A stretch of DNA of 64,000 bases, taken from assembly GCA_021613535.1 (NCBI GenBank), contig CP075497.1, positions 11,532,001-11,596,000 on the forward strand, in the 5' to 3' direction. Source of the stretch: Adineta vaga. Its lineage: Eukaryota > Animalia > Rotifera. A program made the position numbers and the translations under genes. Below, one piece after another: positions 14,278 to 26,886 of this stretch. The notes beneath the pieces were generated by a model that saw only the letters and a list, made by a program, of their open reading frames with translations, searched no databases and was not told where the DNA came from. Numbering within the stretch: the stretch's first letter is position 1; the number at the start of each line of letters is the position of its first letter.

Positions 14278-14810
14278 ATGGGTATTTTAAAAACTAAAGC
14301 AAGCAAATTGCATATGGTGTTTTTATCAATGATTTTTCTAAGTGGTATTGTTATTGACGAAAATATAACCTACGCAAACTTCGTATTATTTCTCTTCAAC
14401 CTTTTAAACAGTATTTATGGATTATTGAAAGAAGAACAAATTCATGAAACGATCTTGATCAATTTTATTGAAAGAACTGTAGAACAAAACAGATTTCAAG
14501 TTAATTTAGAAATAGTGAATACAGATAAAAATCTTTTCAACATTCATATGTGTATTTTATTCATAGATTGTTATGAGTAGATTATCAATTGAACATATAT
14601 AAATTTCAACGTATACAGATGCTTGGTAAAAGTTTTGCATTTAGTTTATGAATGTCAAATATCGGATAGTACAAATGGCACGAGTACATAAGATCCAGTA
14701 AAATTCGTATCGATCAAATAATACTATGAAAGACATGTTTTAGCTTCAAGAGAAATATTCATCATTTTCGGTCTGCCTACGATCATACAGGAAGTTACAT
14801 GCAGCTTACC
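14278..14810 (+). mobile_element. Possible highly decayed integrase-type (Ginger/retroelement-like) relic
   Basis: Stop-interrupted translation gives LFNIH..YE*I..VYRCLVKVLHLVYECQ (loosely like an integrase zinc-binding region) and REIFIIFGLPTIIQ (like integrase core IF..FG.P.I.QSDNG). No termini seen. Confidence 0.35.
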
Positions 14811-15707
14811 GGTGTCAACATCTATCATTTTGATACGTTTTTAGTCACGAATATAGCATTCAAATGAGATGTGTTTCTATTTTTCGTTTCTTTCTTTACT
14901 ACTTTTTCGACCGATATATATATTTATATGCACGTTCTTCGTTTTGAAAACAATATTTTCTTCTTATACGAAACTCTCGTAGTGAATGTCTTTCGTTGAT
15001 ATCTAAAAAAGACGGTAGCCGTTTTCTTACTTTCACATGTAACGATCTTTTAGTAAAAAACAAAATTTTATATTGTATTCATCAAGTTTAGGAGAGAGTA
15101 AAGGGATAAAATAACACTTCGATATTTTTCTCTTCATGTCGATTGTATTTAATTGATATTTTCTTCTTTTTGGTGAATGTTTGTTGTTGATAAACCCGAT
15201 CAAACGAACTACAACGAAAATCTTTTTCTTATGTATTAAACGACATTAATATACATTTTGTGATTATTTAAAAGCTTCCTCTTTCTTTCTAGAAGATCTC
15301 ATCCTTTTACACTAGAACTTCTGTTCAAATAACTATTAATATTTCATTCAATTGTACAGAATGAGATTTTCATTTTGATAGTTCCATTATTATCATTGAT
15401 CAATGAAAATCATACGCGCTATGAATGAGCGGACAGAGAGCGGACAAAAATATTAAAATACGTTCTGTAGAGGTCGTTCGGTTCCGAACATGTTTATGAG
15501 TATTTCTACCTTCTTTATGAAGGTTATCAATGAGTAACCAATAAAAATCTCTCTATTCCACTGAACTGAATAACTGTCAGCTGTATCTGTATTTTCGTGA
15601 GATATTTGTTTTTGATCCGAGTTTTGCTCAAATTGAAATGAGGTTGAAGAAAAGATAGATTTTATTGTAGATTATTTTAAAAAGAACAGTAATTTGTAGT
15701 TTTCGAG

Positions 15708-18604
15708 ATGAATCCGCTTCTACGGCGGACTCTCTTCTCGTCTCCATTTTTCAAGTGCACTTATCAATATCGTCTATCACCGATTACAAATAGTCCATTA
15801 AGAACTTTTCTTAAATCGTCCATACTATCAAAAACTCATCAAACGTATAATCATGTAGGAAAGACATTTTTGTATCTATTGAAAATGTCTTTTCAATTGA
15901 TTGTATAGGCAAATATTAGATCCGCATCGAATCTTTTTGGACAAAGTCGAAATAGCTTTCGTGTTCTTATGGTAAAGACTCGTTAAAATTGATTGTATAA
16001 AAAAATGTTAGTCACTATTTAGCGGAAGTGGCATGGGCGTCATGGTAATACCGGAACAGCTGCAGATGCTAGTGGGACAACAAAAACTGTTTCAACACGA
16101 TACATTCTCAAAGCAATGCTAGAATTCATTTGGCCAAAAACTGGCAAACAAGTGAAAATTCGTGTAGTGATTGCACTATCACTTCTTTTACTTTCAAAAG
16201 TATAATTTAATATTCTATTTAAATAAAAATCTTCATTACAAAATTCATTTTCTTAGTTATTGAATATCAGTGTTCCATTTATGTTCAAATATCTAGTTGA
16301 TGAACTTAATAAAGGTCGAACATTACATGCAGATACAACTCAGTCGGCTGTTATATCAATGATCACTGCATTATTGATCGGATGTAAAATACAGTTGATA
16401 TTCTGAATATGTACAAAAACGAATGGTTTCATTTAGATGGTGCTGCACGAGCTGGTGCTGCTCTCTTCGGTGAACTACGTAATGCTATATTTGCCAATGT
16501 TGCTCATCGAAGTATTCGTGAATTGGCTAAAAAAGTCTTTTCACATATACATAATCTTGATTTAAGTTTTCATTTGGGAAGACATACAGGTGCATTATCC
16601 AAAGCTATTGATCGTGGAACAAAGTAAAAAATTCTTGAAAAAAATGTTCTTTTCATGTCAATATAATGATGAAACATGTCTGAATAGAGGTATTAGTTTT
16701 GTTCTCTCGGCATTGGTATTCAATATTGTACCGACTATTTTCGAAGTTGGATTGGTCAGTGGAGTTTTGGTAAAGTTATTTATATTACATTTTTCTTGTA
16801 CTTATGAACGTATTATTTAGTGGTATAAATTTGGTTTATCATATGGAGCGATTGGTAAATATGTCTTGCTTTGTACTTCGATTTGAGAAGAAAGAATTTT
16901 GTTTAGCTTTTGGTTGTATTGCAAGTTATACTGCATACACTTTGGCCGTCACTCAATGGAGGTATGTTGAAAATATTTTGAATAGAATTCTAGAGAAATT
17001 TAAATATTTAGAACAAAATTTCGTGTACAAATGAATAAAGCAGATAATGAAGCAGGCAATAGAGCAGTAGATTCATTAATCAATTTCGAGACTGTCAAGG
17101 TATGAAATGAAAATGATTGATTTACTAGATATTTCTAATTTTGAAATTTTAGTATTTTAATAATGAAGCACATGAACTTGAACGATATGATAAAACACTA
17201 TCTGAATATGAAACAGCATCTATTAAAACACAAACAAGTTTAGCTATGTTAAAGTGTGTTCTATCTTTGATAATTAACTGAGTCAAAACGAAAACTTTTT
17301 TTGTTTAGTTTTGGTCAAAATGCAATATTCAGTTTAGGTATAACAGCTATTATGTTATTAGCTGCTGGTGGAATTAGTGATGGTTCAATGACAGTTGGTG
17401 ATTTAGTTGCTGTAAATGGACTTGTTTTTCAATTGTCAATGCCATTAAACTTTTTGGGTTCAGTTTTTCGTGAAGTTAAACAATCCGTTGTTGATATGGA
17501 AACAATGTTTCGTTTAACAATGGTGGAAGCAAATGTTAAAGTAAGTTGATTGTGTTCATATGAATTATGAATGATTCATTTGATTTTAGGATAAAGAAAA
17601 AGCAAAAAAAATAGATATAGATGCAGATCATTCATCGATTGTCTTTAACAATGTGACATTTGGTTATGAAGAAGGACAAAAAATACTTGATAAACTTTCG
17701 TTCACTGTTCCTTCGGGACACAAAGTTGCTATTGTTGGTGGTTCCGGTTCAGGGTAAAGTTTAATTTGAAATAAAACGATAATTAATGTGAAGAATTTGT
17801 TTTCTAGAAAATCAACTATTGTTCGTCTCTTATATCGATTCTATGATCCGCAGAGTGGAGAAATCCGTGTGAATAATCAAAATATTCAAGAAGTATCTCT
17901 TTCCAGTCTTCGTAAAGCTATTGGTGTTGTACCTCAGGTAAATTTCACTTCCTTTTTCGCTACAAATCTTGACTTTATTTTGCTAGGATTCGATTCTATT
18001 TCATGATTCAATTTTCTACAATATTAATTATGGAAATTTAAAAGCATCGAAAGAAGATGTTTATAAAGCTGCTCAGCTAGCTGAAGTACATAATGCTATT
18101 TTGAGAATGCCAAAAAAATATGAAACAATGGTTGGTGAACGTGGATTGAAACTATCCGGTGGCGAAAAACAACGTATTAGTATTGCTCGAGCTCTTCTTA
18201 AAGATCCAATTATTTTAGTTTATGATGAAGCAACTGCTCATTTGGATACAACTACCGAACAAGTAGAATTTCTTCTATTCCTTTCCTATCTATTCAATTG
18301 ATTTTAGGCAATTTTGAATTCTCTTCAAAAATTAACGACAAATCGAACATCAATTGTCATTGCTCATCGTTTAAGTACGGTTACTGATTGTGATAATATC
18401 ATCATATTAGATCAAGGTAAAGTTATTGAACAAGGTACACATGAAGAATTATTAGCGAAAGAAAATGGTCATTATGCATCGATATGGAATAGTCAACGGA
18501 CTCATCGAAAACTTCGAGAAGATAAAAAAGAAGAAATAAATGTTGATGGAAAACAAGTAGAAAAATATGAAAAGAAATCAAGTGAAGAACCTTTACTGAA
18601 ATGA
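15708..18604 (+). CDS. ABCB7: Mitochondrial ABC half-transporter ABCB7/ATM1 (multi-exon)
   Basis: Arg/Ser-rich targeting-like N-terminus; [22 protein letters not shown]; [16 protein letters not shown]; Walker A GGSGSGKST; [15 protein letters not shown]; IAHRLST. Confidence 0.95.
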
Positions 18605-18719
18605 ACAGTTTTTTTTAGTAGATTTTTATTTCGATATAATAAAAAACTAGCTGATTTTCTGTTGTATAAATAAATAGAAACAACATTGCGATTATTGTGT
18701 TTTTACTTTTTATTTTCCG

Positions 18720-19637
18720 ATGATTGACAATAATGATGATGATGATGGTCCACCACAATTATCGGCAGATACATTGAAAGCTTTACAAGAATGGCAACAA
18801 GAAGAAGAACAAAATCGAGCGGCCGATGTACCACAAGAAGATTGGGTTAGTCAATTCAATAAAAACGAATGATTTGACTTGTGATAGTGATAAAGTCAAA
18901 CTATACTTTCATTTGAAAAGAAAAAACTGATTAAAATTTTGATATATTTAGCAATTGAGTCAATTTTGGTATAACAATGAAACGGCGACTCGATTGATGA
19001 ATGAAGTCATTGATATTCTACCTGAAAATGGAAGGTAATAAATATTTATTTTCTATTACATATTTTTGACAATCCATTGATTTTCTAGATGTGCTTTCAT
19101 TGCTTGTCCAACAGTGTGGAATCTAATGAGAAAAGTAAGATTTATTCAATCGTAAATTACAAGAAAATATTCTTAAAATCGAATAGGAACATCCTGAGAT
19201 TCATAATGTTCTATTTGAATATGATACACGATTTGCTACTGGTGATCATTCATTTGTTGAATACGATTATAATGATGATGATCGAATCGAGCAAACTTAT
19301 ACGAATTTAAAACATTCATTTGATGTTTTGCTCATTGATCCACCATTTCTTTCTCGAGAATGTTTTGAAAAAGTATCTCGTCTAGCAAAATTTATTGGTA
19401 AAACAAATCCAACATGCAAACATATCATTTGCACGGGTAAAGAATAATTTGTATTGAGAATAAAAAAAAGAAATTAATTGATTCTTTTCTCTTCAAGGTG
19501 CTATTCAGGAAGAAAATATCAAAGATTTCTTTCCAGGTGCTGATCGAGTGACATTCCAACCTCAACATGAACGTAATCTAATGAATCCTTTTGCTTGTTT
19601 TGTTGATTATGAAACAAAAACATTAAACAATGAATAA
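18720..19637 (+). CDS. EEF1AKMT1: EEF1A lysine methyltransferase 1 (N6AMT2 family), multi-exon
   Basis: PQLSADTLKALQEW, EDW|QLSQFWY, IACPTV, LFEYDTRF, LLIDPPFLSREC, IICTG, FQPQHERNLMNPFACF across GT-AG introns. Confidence 0.9.
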
Positions 19638-20050
19638 AGGATAATGTTTCTCAGGAAGAAATATGTAATGAATAGTTTTCATCTCATTCGTTGTAATTGA
19701 TATGTGAACAAGTTTTTCTCTCGATATGTCATTCTTCACGCTGTTTGATATAAGTTAGTTCAAGGTATAGTTAACTAGAATAGAATGAAACCTTGTCGTA
19801 AATGTATATTGATCTAATCAGTTTCTTTTTTCTTTTGTTCAATATGGCATAAAAGGCAATGAATAAATGAAAAATGAAAGAAATGTAATGAAGTAACAAG
19901 AAAAGGACAAATCATTGAAGTATGACCAATAGATATACATGAAATATTTATGAGTCGATATATTCATTGAACATTTTCATTTATAACAAACGAAACTAGA
20001 CGCATTGTACAATTGATTTTCTTTTTTGTACTAACGAACAATTCTCGACA

Positions 20051-20794
20051 ATGTTGACACCTTATAATCACAATCCTGGACCACTTGTGAATCAACAATA
20101 CAATAGACCTCCTGGTAATTATGGTAGTATAAATGATATCAATGAAGGCGAATTATTAGGTTCACTTTTTGGTCTTGCTCATCAATTAATGGGTGAAATC
20201 TTACGAAATACACCAGGTTTAAGTCCGAATATGGGTTTAATGCCGAATATGTCCCAAGGAAAAGTATTTGGTGTAAGTTCAATGAATGTGACACAAATAA
20301 CACGTGGACCAGATGGTCGACCACATGTGGTTCAAGCACATAAAGAACGTCGTATGGGACCAGGAGGTACCTGGCAAACGAAAAAGACAGTACATGATCC
20401 AAATCGCGGTATTGATAAAATACAATATGGTTATTTTACTGGGGATCATGGTGAAATTATAGAACGTCGTTTTGATCGAGCTACAGGACAATATCATGAA
20501 GAGATTCAACGACGCGAATTTGCTCCAAATGAATTTAATTTTCCATCTCATTTACCAATACAATCTCAACCAATCTTAAGACAACAATATCCTTATTATT
20601 CTCAACCTCAACAACAATTTCCCTTCTATCCACAACAACAACAACAACAACAACGACCAATGCTTTCTTCTTATTTACAACAGCCAATGCCCAATTTTCC
20701 ATCTTATTCACCACAACCGATATCAGCTCTTACAGCTCATCCTGAAAAACCCAAACCAGCTCTTCCTTCACCTCCAATGTTTCCATACATATAA
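20051..20794 (+). CDS. Myeloid leukemia factor (MLF)-like protein, intronless, with Q/P/Y-rich tail
   Basis: GPDGRPHVVQA..RRMGPGGTWQTKKTVHD..GIDKIQYG...DHGEIIERRFDRATGQ resembles the MLF core (RRAPGGIKETRK..RDSDSGLEKMAIGHHI). Confidence 0.75.
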   Translation: MLTPYNHNPGPLVNQQYNRPPGNYGSINDINEGELLGSLFGLAHQLMGEILRNTPGLSPNMGLMPNMSQGKVFGVSSMNVTQITRGPDGRPHVVQAHKERRMGPGGTWQTKKTVHDPNRGIDKIQYGYFTGDHGEIIERRFDRATGQYHEEIQRREFAPNEFNFPSHLPIQSQPILRQQYPYYSQPQQQFPFYPQQQQQQQRPMLSSYLQQPMPNFPSYSPQPISALTAHPEKPKPALPSPPMFPYI

Positions 20795-20968
20795 ATTAGT
20801 TTTTCCTTCGTCGTTACTCAATTTATAAAATGTATCAGATAGCAAAGACATACACACATATATAGATATAGCGAACTTCAAAAAAAATTCAATTCTTAAC
20901 GAATATAAAAATGAATCTAAGAAAAACGAAACATTGTCTTTTGATTTTTCTTTTGCTCTATACACATA

Positions 20969-21220
20969 CTATTGGACGCTTGCCGGACCGGCCCAAACAA
21001 GCCATATAGCATGAATAACACCAGGTAACCATCCCAAAATAGTCAATACTAAATTAATCCAAAAATGCGTTGAACAACCAACCTATTTCGATCGAAACTC
21101 ATCAGTTTTTGTTTTTGAAAAATCTTCATCGAAAAGTAAACTTACTCGAATAATTGCTGCTATAGGTGGTAATAAAATAGCCAGAACTGTTAGAAGAATT
21201 TTACCTATGAGTTCACTCAT
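20969..21220 (-). CDS. PMP3/YqaE/RCI2 (UPF0057) stress proteolipid, copy A (one intron)
   Basis: MSELIGKILLTVLAILLPPIAAIIR|VGCSTHFWINLVLTILGWLPGVIHAIWLVWAGPASVQ*; not in the ORF track. Confidence 0.92.
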
Positions 21221-22281
21221 TATTATTCTTTCTACAGAAATCAAAAGTTACAAAATAAAACTTTCCTATCTAAAAAAAGAAGAAAAATAAGTATTTCAAG
21301 ACTTTATCATCGTCGTGATTTGTTCTAATGTCACCTAAGTCAAACGACAAGGAAAAATCGTGAATCATTACATACATGTTTACATGTTGCATGTCGAAAA
21401 AACGAAAAATGAAAATATGCATCGGTTACATATTAGCTGATTTATATGACTGTATATCAAATATATGTTCGTTCCAGTTCAGTAACTAACGTTTTCTCTT
21501 TTTATGAAGATACAATGAAACGTTAAAAATAACGAATAAAATTAACATGAGCTTTGTTTTCGAGTAAGAGAGAAGAATTTTCTTAACTATTCATTAAAAT
21601 TTGAAAGTGAAAGTGTGTAATTCAAGATATGATCGTATTTAAAAACAAACGAAATGCTAATCATAAACATAACAAACACATTTGCGCATTTATAATCCAT
21701 GATTCTTTTGATTGATTTAATTTAGAACGTTGTTTGCAACTATTAGTATTTATCTCTACTTTTCTTTGAAGATATAAAACAGATTTCTGATGCTTTTGTT
21801 GTCAAAACATATAAAATTTCATCATAGATTTCCTATTGACAATTATCTTATCAGATAATCAATATTTGAATTTTTCTTCGATTAGTCAACTGAAAATAAT
21901 ATCATTAGCAATTTGATCCTATGTTTTTCAATTGAATCAAGTGTATTAGTCACATAGAGATATAAATAATAAGTAGGAAAGTCTTTGTTTATACGTTGGT
22001 ACCATATGGGCTATGTTGAAAGAGAATGAAAGAAAGGAAAAAAAGAAGGGAGAGAAATGTTATATGTGCAAAACTGAATAGAGGATGCCGTTTATAGATT
22101 TGGCAGGCAAAAAATATCATTGAGAGGCGAGAAGAAATATGAAATAGGCTCCCTTCCCAATATTTTTCTATATTGTTGGGTGTAGAAAGGAAAAAGAAAG
22201 GAGGGACTGACACTAGTGGGTAAGGGAAAAAATTGTTGATATACATAACTTTTTCATCTCTACGGCTCGTCGTTTGTTATC

Positions 22282-22569
22282 ATGGGTTTACTTGGAACAA
22301 TGTAGGTTGATATTTGAATAAATAATTTATATAAAATCTTGTTTTTTTTAGTCTTTTAACACTTTTAGCAATTTTTCTTCCACCGGTTGCTGCTTTAATT
22401 CAAGTTGGATGTACTTTACACTTCTTCTTGAATATGTAAAACAAATTAGATTATGGAATATACGAAAAATATTGATCTTTCTTTTGCTTTTAGTCTTTTA
22501 ACTATTCTTGGAATGATTCCTGGTTGTATCCATGCTTTATGGCTTGTATGGACTAATCGGCTGGCTTAA
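22282..22569 (+). CDS. PMP3/YqaE/RCI2 (UPF0057) stress proteolipid, copy B (two introns)
   Basis: MGLLGTI|LLTLLAIFLPPVAALIQVGCTLHFFLNI|LLTILGMIPGCIHALWLVWTNRLA*; not in the ORF track. Confidence 0.92.
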
Positions 22570-23478
22570 TTTGTTCAGTTTTCAATGGAAATATAACTTC
22601 AAACTTTGTGTTTTCTTTTGTTTCTATCAAGTGTGATTTTTCTTAGTTTATAATTATCATTGATAGTCGTGCATGCTTTGTCAAGAGTTTTCATTGAATA
22701 AATGAAGAAGATTATATGAATATGATTTGATCGAAGAAAATATTTAATTGAGATACTTGAGATGAGAAAGAATTATTGTCAATGCACGAACCTGATTGAT
22801 GATGTAATTAGAAACGAACGAAGAGAGAGTCAAAGAAAAAATTAGTTGGAATTGTCTTTGATAAAAAGTTGAATGTCATATGAGATCTAATCTTTTCTTC
22901 TTCTTCTTCTTCGTCTTTGGTTTTATTTTTACCTCTCATGTATACACATCTATTGTTGATAGTGTATGTCAAACTGAAATATACATAGAACAGTAAACTG
23001 ACATAACACATAGACACTATCAACATTCAAACGAAGAGAAGAGAGAAAAAGAATTGTCTATAGAAGAGTTCGATTACACAATCAATTCAAAGGAGTTGAT
23101 AGTAGTCATTCGTCAGTATCGAAGAAAGATTCTCAATCGTTTATCCCAATAATCATCAACATTTAAGTGAAGATGGATAACTATTTGATATTTTTGTATC
23201 GTAGAAAGAAAGAAAGATCAAACAAGACATTTACTATTGTTATTGGACCATAACTTAATCAACCATTCTCACACGTCTATCATCTCTTTCTCTTCGTTCT
23301 CTCGCTCTCTTTCTCTCTTGTCTGTTGGTGTCTACTACATTGATCACTGGCAATTGCATCACAGAACTAACGTTTACTTAAGCTTTTTCTTTTTGAAGAA
23401 AGAAAAAAAGAAAACAGGTAAAATGTTTATCCTCAATATCATTGTCTTTTATTTCCAGACAAAATATAATTGAAGACA

Positions 23479-24395
23479 ATGTTCGAAACCATACGACGAA
23501 CATTTACGGGTAGTAATACAACAGATCGAAGAAAGAAGAACAACAAGTAATATCTCATATATTTTTTTGCATGTGTCAAAAAACAAAAAGAATTCATTTC
23601 ATTCCAAAGATCATCTCAAGTAATAACAACGACAGTTGATAGTAATGAAGAAACCGATTCATCATTGAGTGATGATTTTAAAAGTATACAAAATTCGATT
23701 ATTTCCATTCATCGACCATCATCGATTGTTCTTAAAAGGTATCTAATTGATTTCTTATGAAATCGGATATAAGCTAATTTTATGCTTGAAAAAGCCTTGA
23801 TGAAAGGATTAACTATTGAATGAATGGAATAGATAGAAAAAAATCATTTATTCTTCTTTAGTTTTGCTCCACATTCATCTTCATTACCATCAACATCGAA
23901 TATTCACGATGAAGATACTCCATGGCTACATGAGAATGTAACGAGGTATAGAATATAGGTCAACTAATATATACAATAACGTGTATATTTTGATTAGAGA
24001 AGCAGTCGAAGATGCTTTATCATATCGTTCAATTGGAAGTTTTTTTGTTCGACGATCAACAACAGTGACAACAACAGATACATATGTTCTGTCAATTCGT
24101 GTACCAAAATATATGAAACGTTCATGTGTTGTACATTATTTAATTGATCGAAATGATCATGGATATCATTTAAGAGTAAGAAAGCGTGGAGTGAAATCTT
24201 TTTCGATTTGGATTTTCTTTGGTTTTTTAGGGAATAAAAAAAGTATTTCCAACATTAAATTCTCTTATTGTTCATCATTCAATTGTCGCTGAAAATCTAC
24301 CTGTTGTTTTAGATTTACGAGCTTATTCATCATTAGATACAATAGAAGATGATGATTTAAATAATCAAGTTGCACGAAATGAATATGTTATATAA
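23479..24395 (+). CDS. Small single-SH2-domain adaptor protein (multi-exon)
   Basis: PWLHENVTR|EAVEDAL..GSFFVRRS..YVLSIRV..VVHYLI..GYHLR|GIKKVFPTLNSLIVHHS..NLPVVL follows the SH2 fold pattern. Confidence 0.85.
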
Positions 24396-24600
24396 CAGAG
24401 AAAAACCAATAAGAATTATGTTTGTCTGAATGTTTTGTATTTCATTAATAAAAATGTTGTGTCTTGATATTTTATCTAATTCTATTCAGACAAACTTTAT
24501 TTTGTTCATATATAGAAAAAAATTGTACGATGAATATAAAGAGTAAAAAAACCCAGAGAAAACTAAGTAATATTAATCAAAAAAAAAAGAACTGAATTCT

Positions 24601-25997
24601 TCAATCTTCTTCACTATCTTGTTCGTTATAATGAGGATTTTGTTGTTGTTCTTGTAATTTTCGTTGATATTGTCTTCTTGGACGTCGTGGTCGTTCAATT
24701 GGTTTATCTGGAGGAAGAACACCACCATATCCACGTTCAATACATGTTTGAGTATTTGGAATACCTAATGACCAAAAATGTTCTGGAGTATGAACAACAG
24801 GCCGCTGTCGATGACGACAAGTTAAACCTTGTTTATGACGAAGTTCTTCAGGTAAACCAAGCCAATAATTACGACACATTGGACATGCATAAAGTAGTTC
24901 TTCACTTTCAATACCAGAATAAGGTGATTGTAGAATTGCATTATTTTGAAGATTTTCTTCGTCATCTGTTGTTGTTGTCGTTGTTGTTACTAGTTCATCA
25001 GTAATAGTTGGTGAAGGAATCGATTTTCGTTTGAGTGACTGTCGATGAGGTGATAGAATTTCATTTGTAGTAAATAAGAAATTGTTCTAAAATAGAGATT
25101 CATTGTTTCAGTTATAGCTAATAATGAAACTGACTTGTTCATTCTCATCATCGGTATTTAAATCAAATGGTTGAGCTAAACCAATCAATGATTCTGGCAT
25201 GAATGTTGTTGTTTCATTTTCTGGTGTTTCTGGTTCTCGTTTAACTAGAGAAGAATTTGTTGTTGATTTAGGCGATGGAATAGGATCAAATAACTGTGTC
25301 ATTGTCATCTGACGTAATGATGAATCTGCAGATGTTGTTTTATGTTTACCATTTTGTAGGGATTTGGATTGACGTCGTTTCGCTTTTGGCTACAAAAAGA
25401 AGAAAAAAAAACACCTACGAACTCAAATGTTCTTTTTTATTTTACTGGTGTAATGAATTCTTTCTTGATATGAATTGAATCATTTCTGGATATCCAAGAG
25501 GATTTTGGTTGATGATTATGATTAATTTCTGTTTGTTGTCTTGCATTTGGAACAGGTAATAATGGTATAGTTTCATTCGATGTATTTGTTTCTGGTTCAT
25601 TGATAGGTTGAGAAGTATCATCCATAGATTTTGATGATAAATCAACTGGATATGTATTGGTATCAATTTGAGATTCAAAGGCAAATGGTTCTCCTAATGA
25701 AGTATTAACTTGATTATGAGCAAGAAGACTATCAAGATTATTTTGTTGTTCATCAAGTGCTTCTTGAATTTCTTGCATGAAAACATCAAGTTCATTGATA
25801 AAACCTTCTCAGAAGTCTATGCATATTCACTGATCAACATTTTCATTCCTTACCTCCGAAAACAACTGAAGAATTCGTCCTTTTTGTTTCAATTCAAAAT
25901 TAGGTATAGTCGATAGAATAAGTTCCGCTGTTTCATATCGTAAACCACCACCCAAAATCGTATGTACTTGTCGTGTTGATGATGCTGATCTCGTCAT
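24601..25997 (-). CDS. RBBP8: CtIP/Sae2 DNA end-resection factor, compact form (multi-exon)
   Basis: C-terminal CPMC (CxxC), CRHR, TPEHFWSLGIPNTQTCIERGY match the CtIP C-terminal domain; short helical N-terminal segment. Confidence 0.88.
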
Positions 25998-26196
25998 GAA
26001 AATATCCTACAATTATCACAAATAAATTTATTTTGTCAAAAATCACTTGTTCGTTGTTTTATTCACATTAATGCATTTTTTGCTATTAAAAATAAAAATA
26101 AATAAGACGAAAGAAAAGAAAACCACTGTAACATTGTCAAAAGAAAAAAACTGATTGAATTGAAGAAAACGAAATGAAAATCTAGTTCATAGAGTT

Positions 26197-26367
26197 TTAA
26201 CCAGAGCGTCGTCGAGCGAAGAAACCAATCAAGGCACATAACCCGAATATTAACATTGCTAAACCAAGAATTAGTGCAATAACATCCATTGCTCCCATAC
26301 CGGCAGCAACACCTTGGACAACGAAGAAGAGAAGAAATAAAAGTGACGATTGAACTAAATCGAACAT
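26197..26367 (-). CDS. SMIM30: SMIM30-like microprotein (56 aa, two hydrophobic segments)
   Basis: MFDLVQSSLLFLLFFVVQGVAAGMGAMDVIALILGLAMLIFGLCALIGFFARRRSG* parallels human ..VEAVEAGDAIALLLG..GICACLGVYARKRNG; below the ORF-track cutoff. Confidence 0.85.
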   Translation of the reverse strand: MFDLVQSSLLFLLFFVVQGVAAGMGAMDVIALILGLAMLIFGLCALIGFFARRRSG

Positions 26368-26886
26368 ATTTGTTGTTGAAGAATCAATGACTAAGCAGAA
26401 TCTAAAACTAAATAAAAAAAAGAAGAAGAGTTATCTTTTCTTTGCTGTTTATAAGGTGAAAATGACGAGAAAAAAGACTGGTAACAAAATAAATGAAAAG
26501 ATAAGATAATGAAAATGATTCAAACTTTTGTTGACTTTTGTTTTTTTTCAGCTCGTTTTTAATTAAGTTAATCGATTCATTCGTTTTTTTTGTTCATTTA
26601 CAAGGAAAATGTTCTAAATGAATCATTTCAATGTGAAAAAAAAAAGAATCGAAGCGCTACCATCAACGTTAATCAATTCGAAAAGAAATTTCGTTTTAAT
26701 GAAAAAAAGAGATTTGTTAGTTGAAAAGATTTCAAAAAAGATTCTTTGTCTTTAGTCCTTTGTTAAGTATTTTTTAAGAGATGATCGTATTGGTTGAAAC
26801 TAACCAATAGAAACAGCAAATCAACCACTTGAGAAATCTCGTTATATACTATTTATTTCCTTTTCTTTTGTCTCTATTTATTCATC

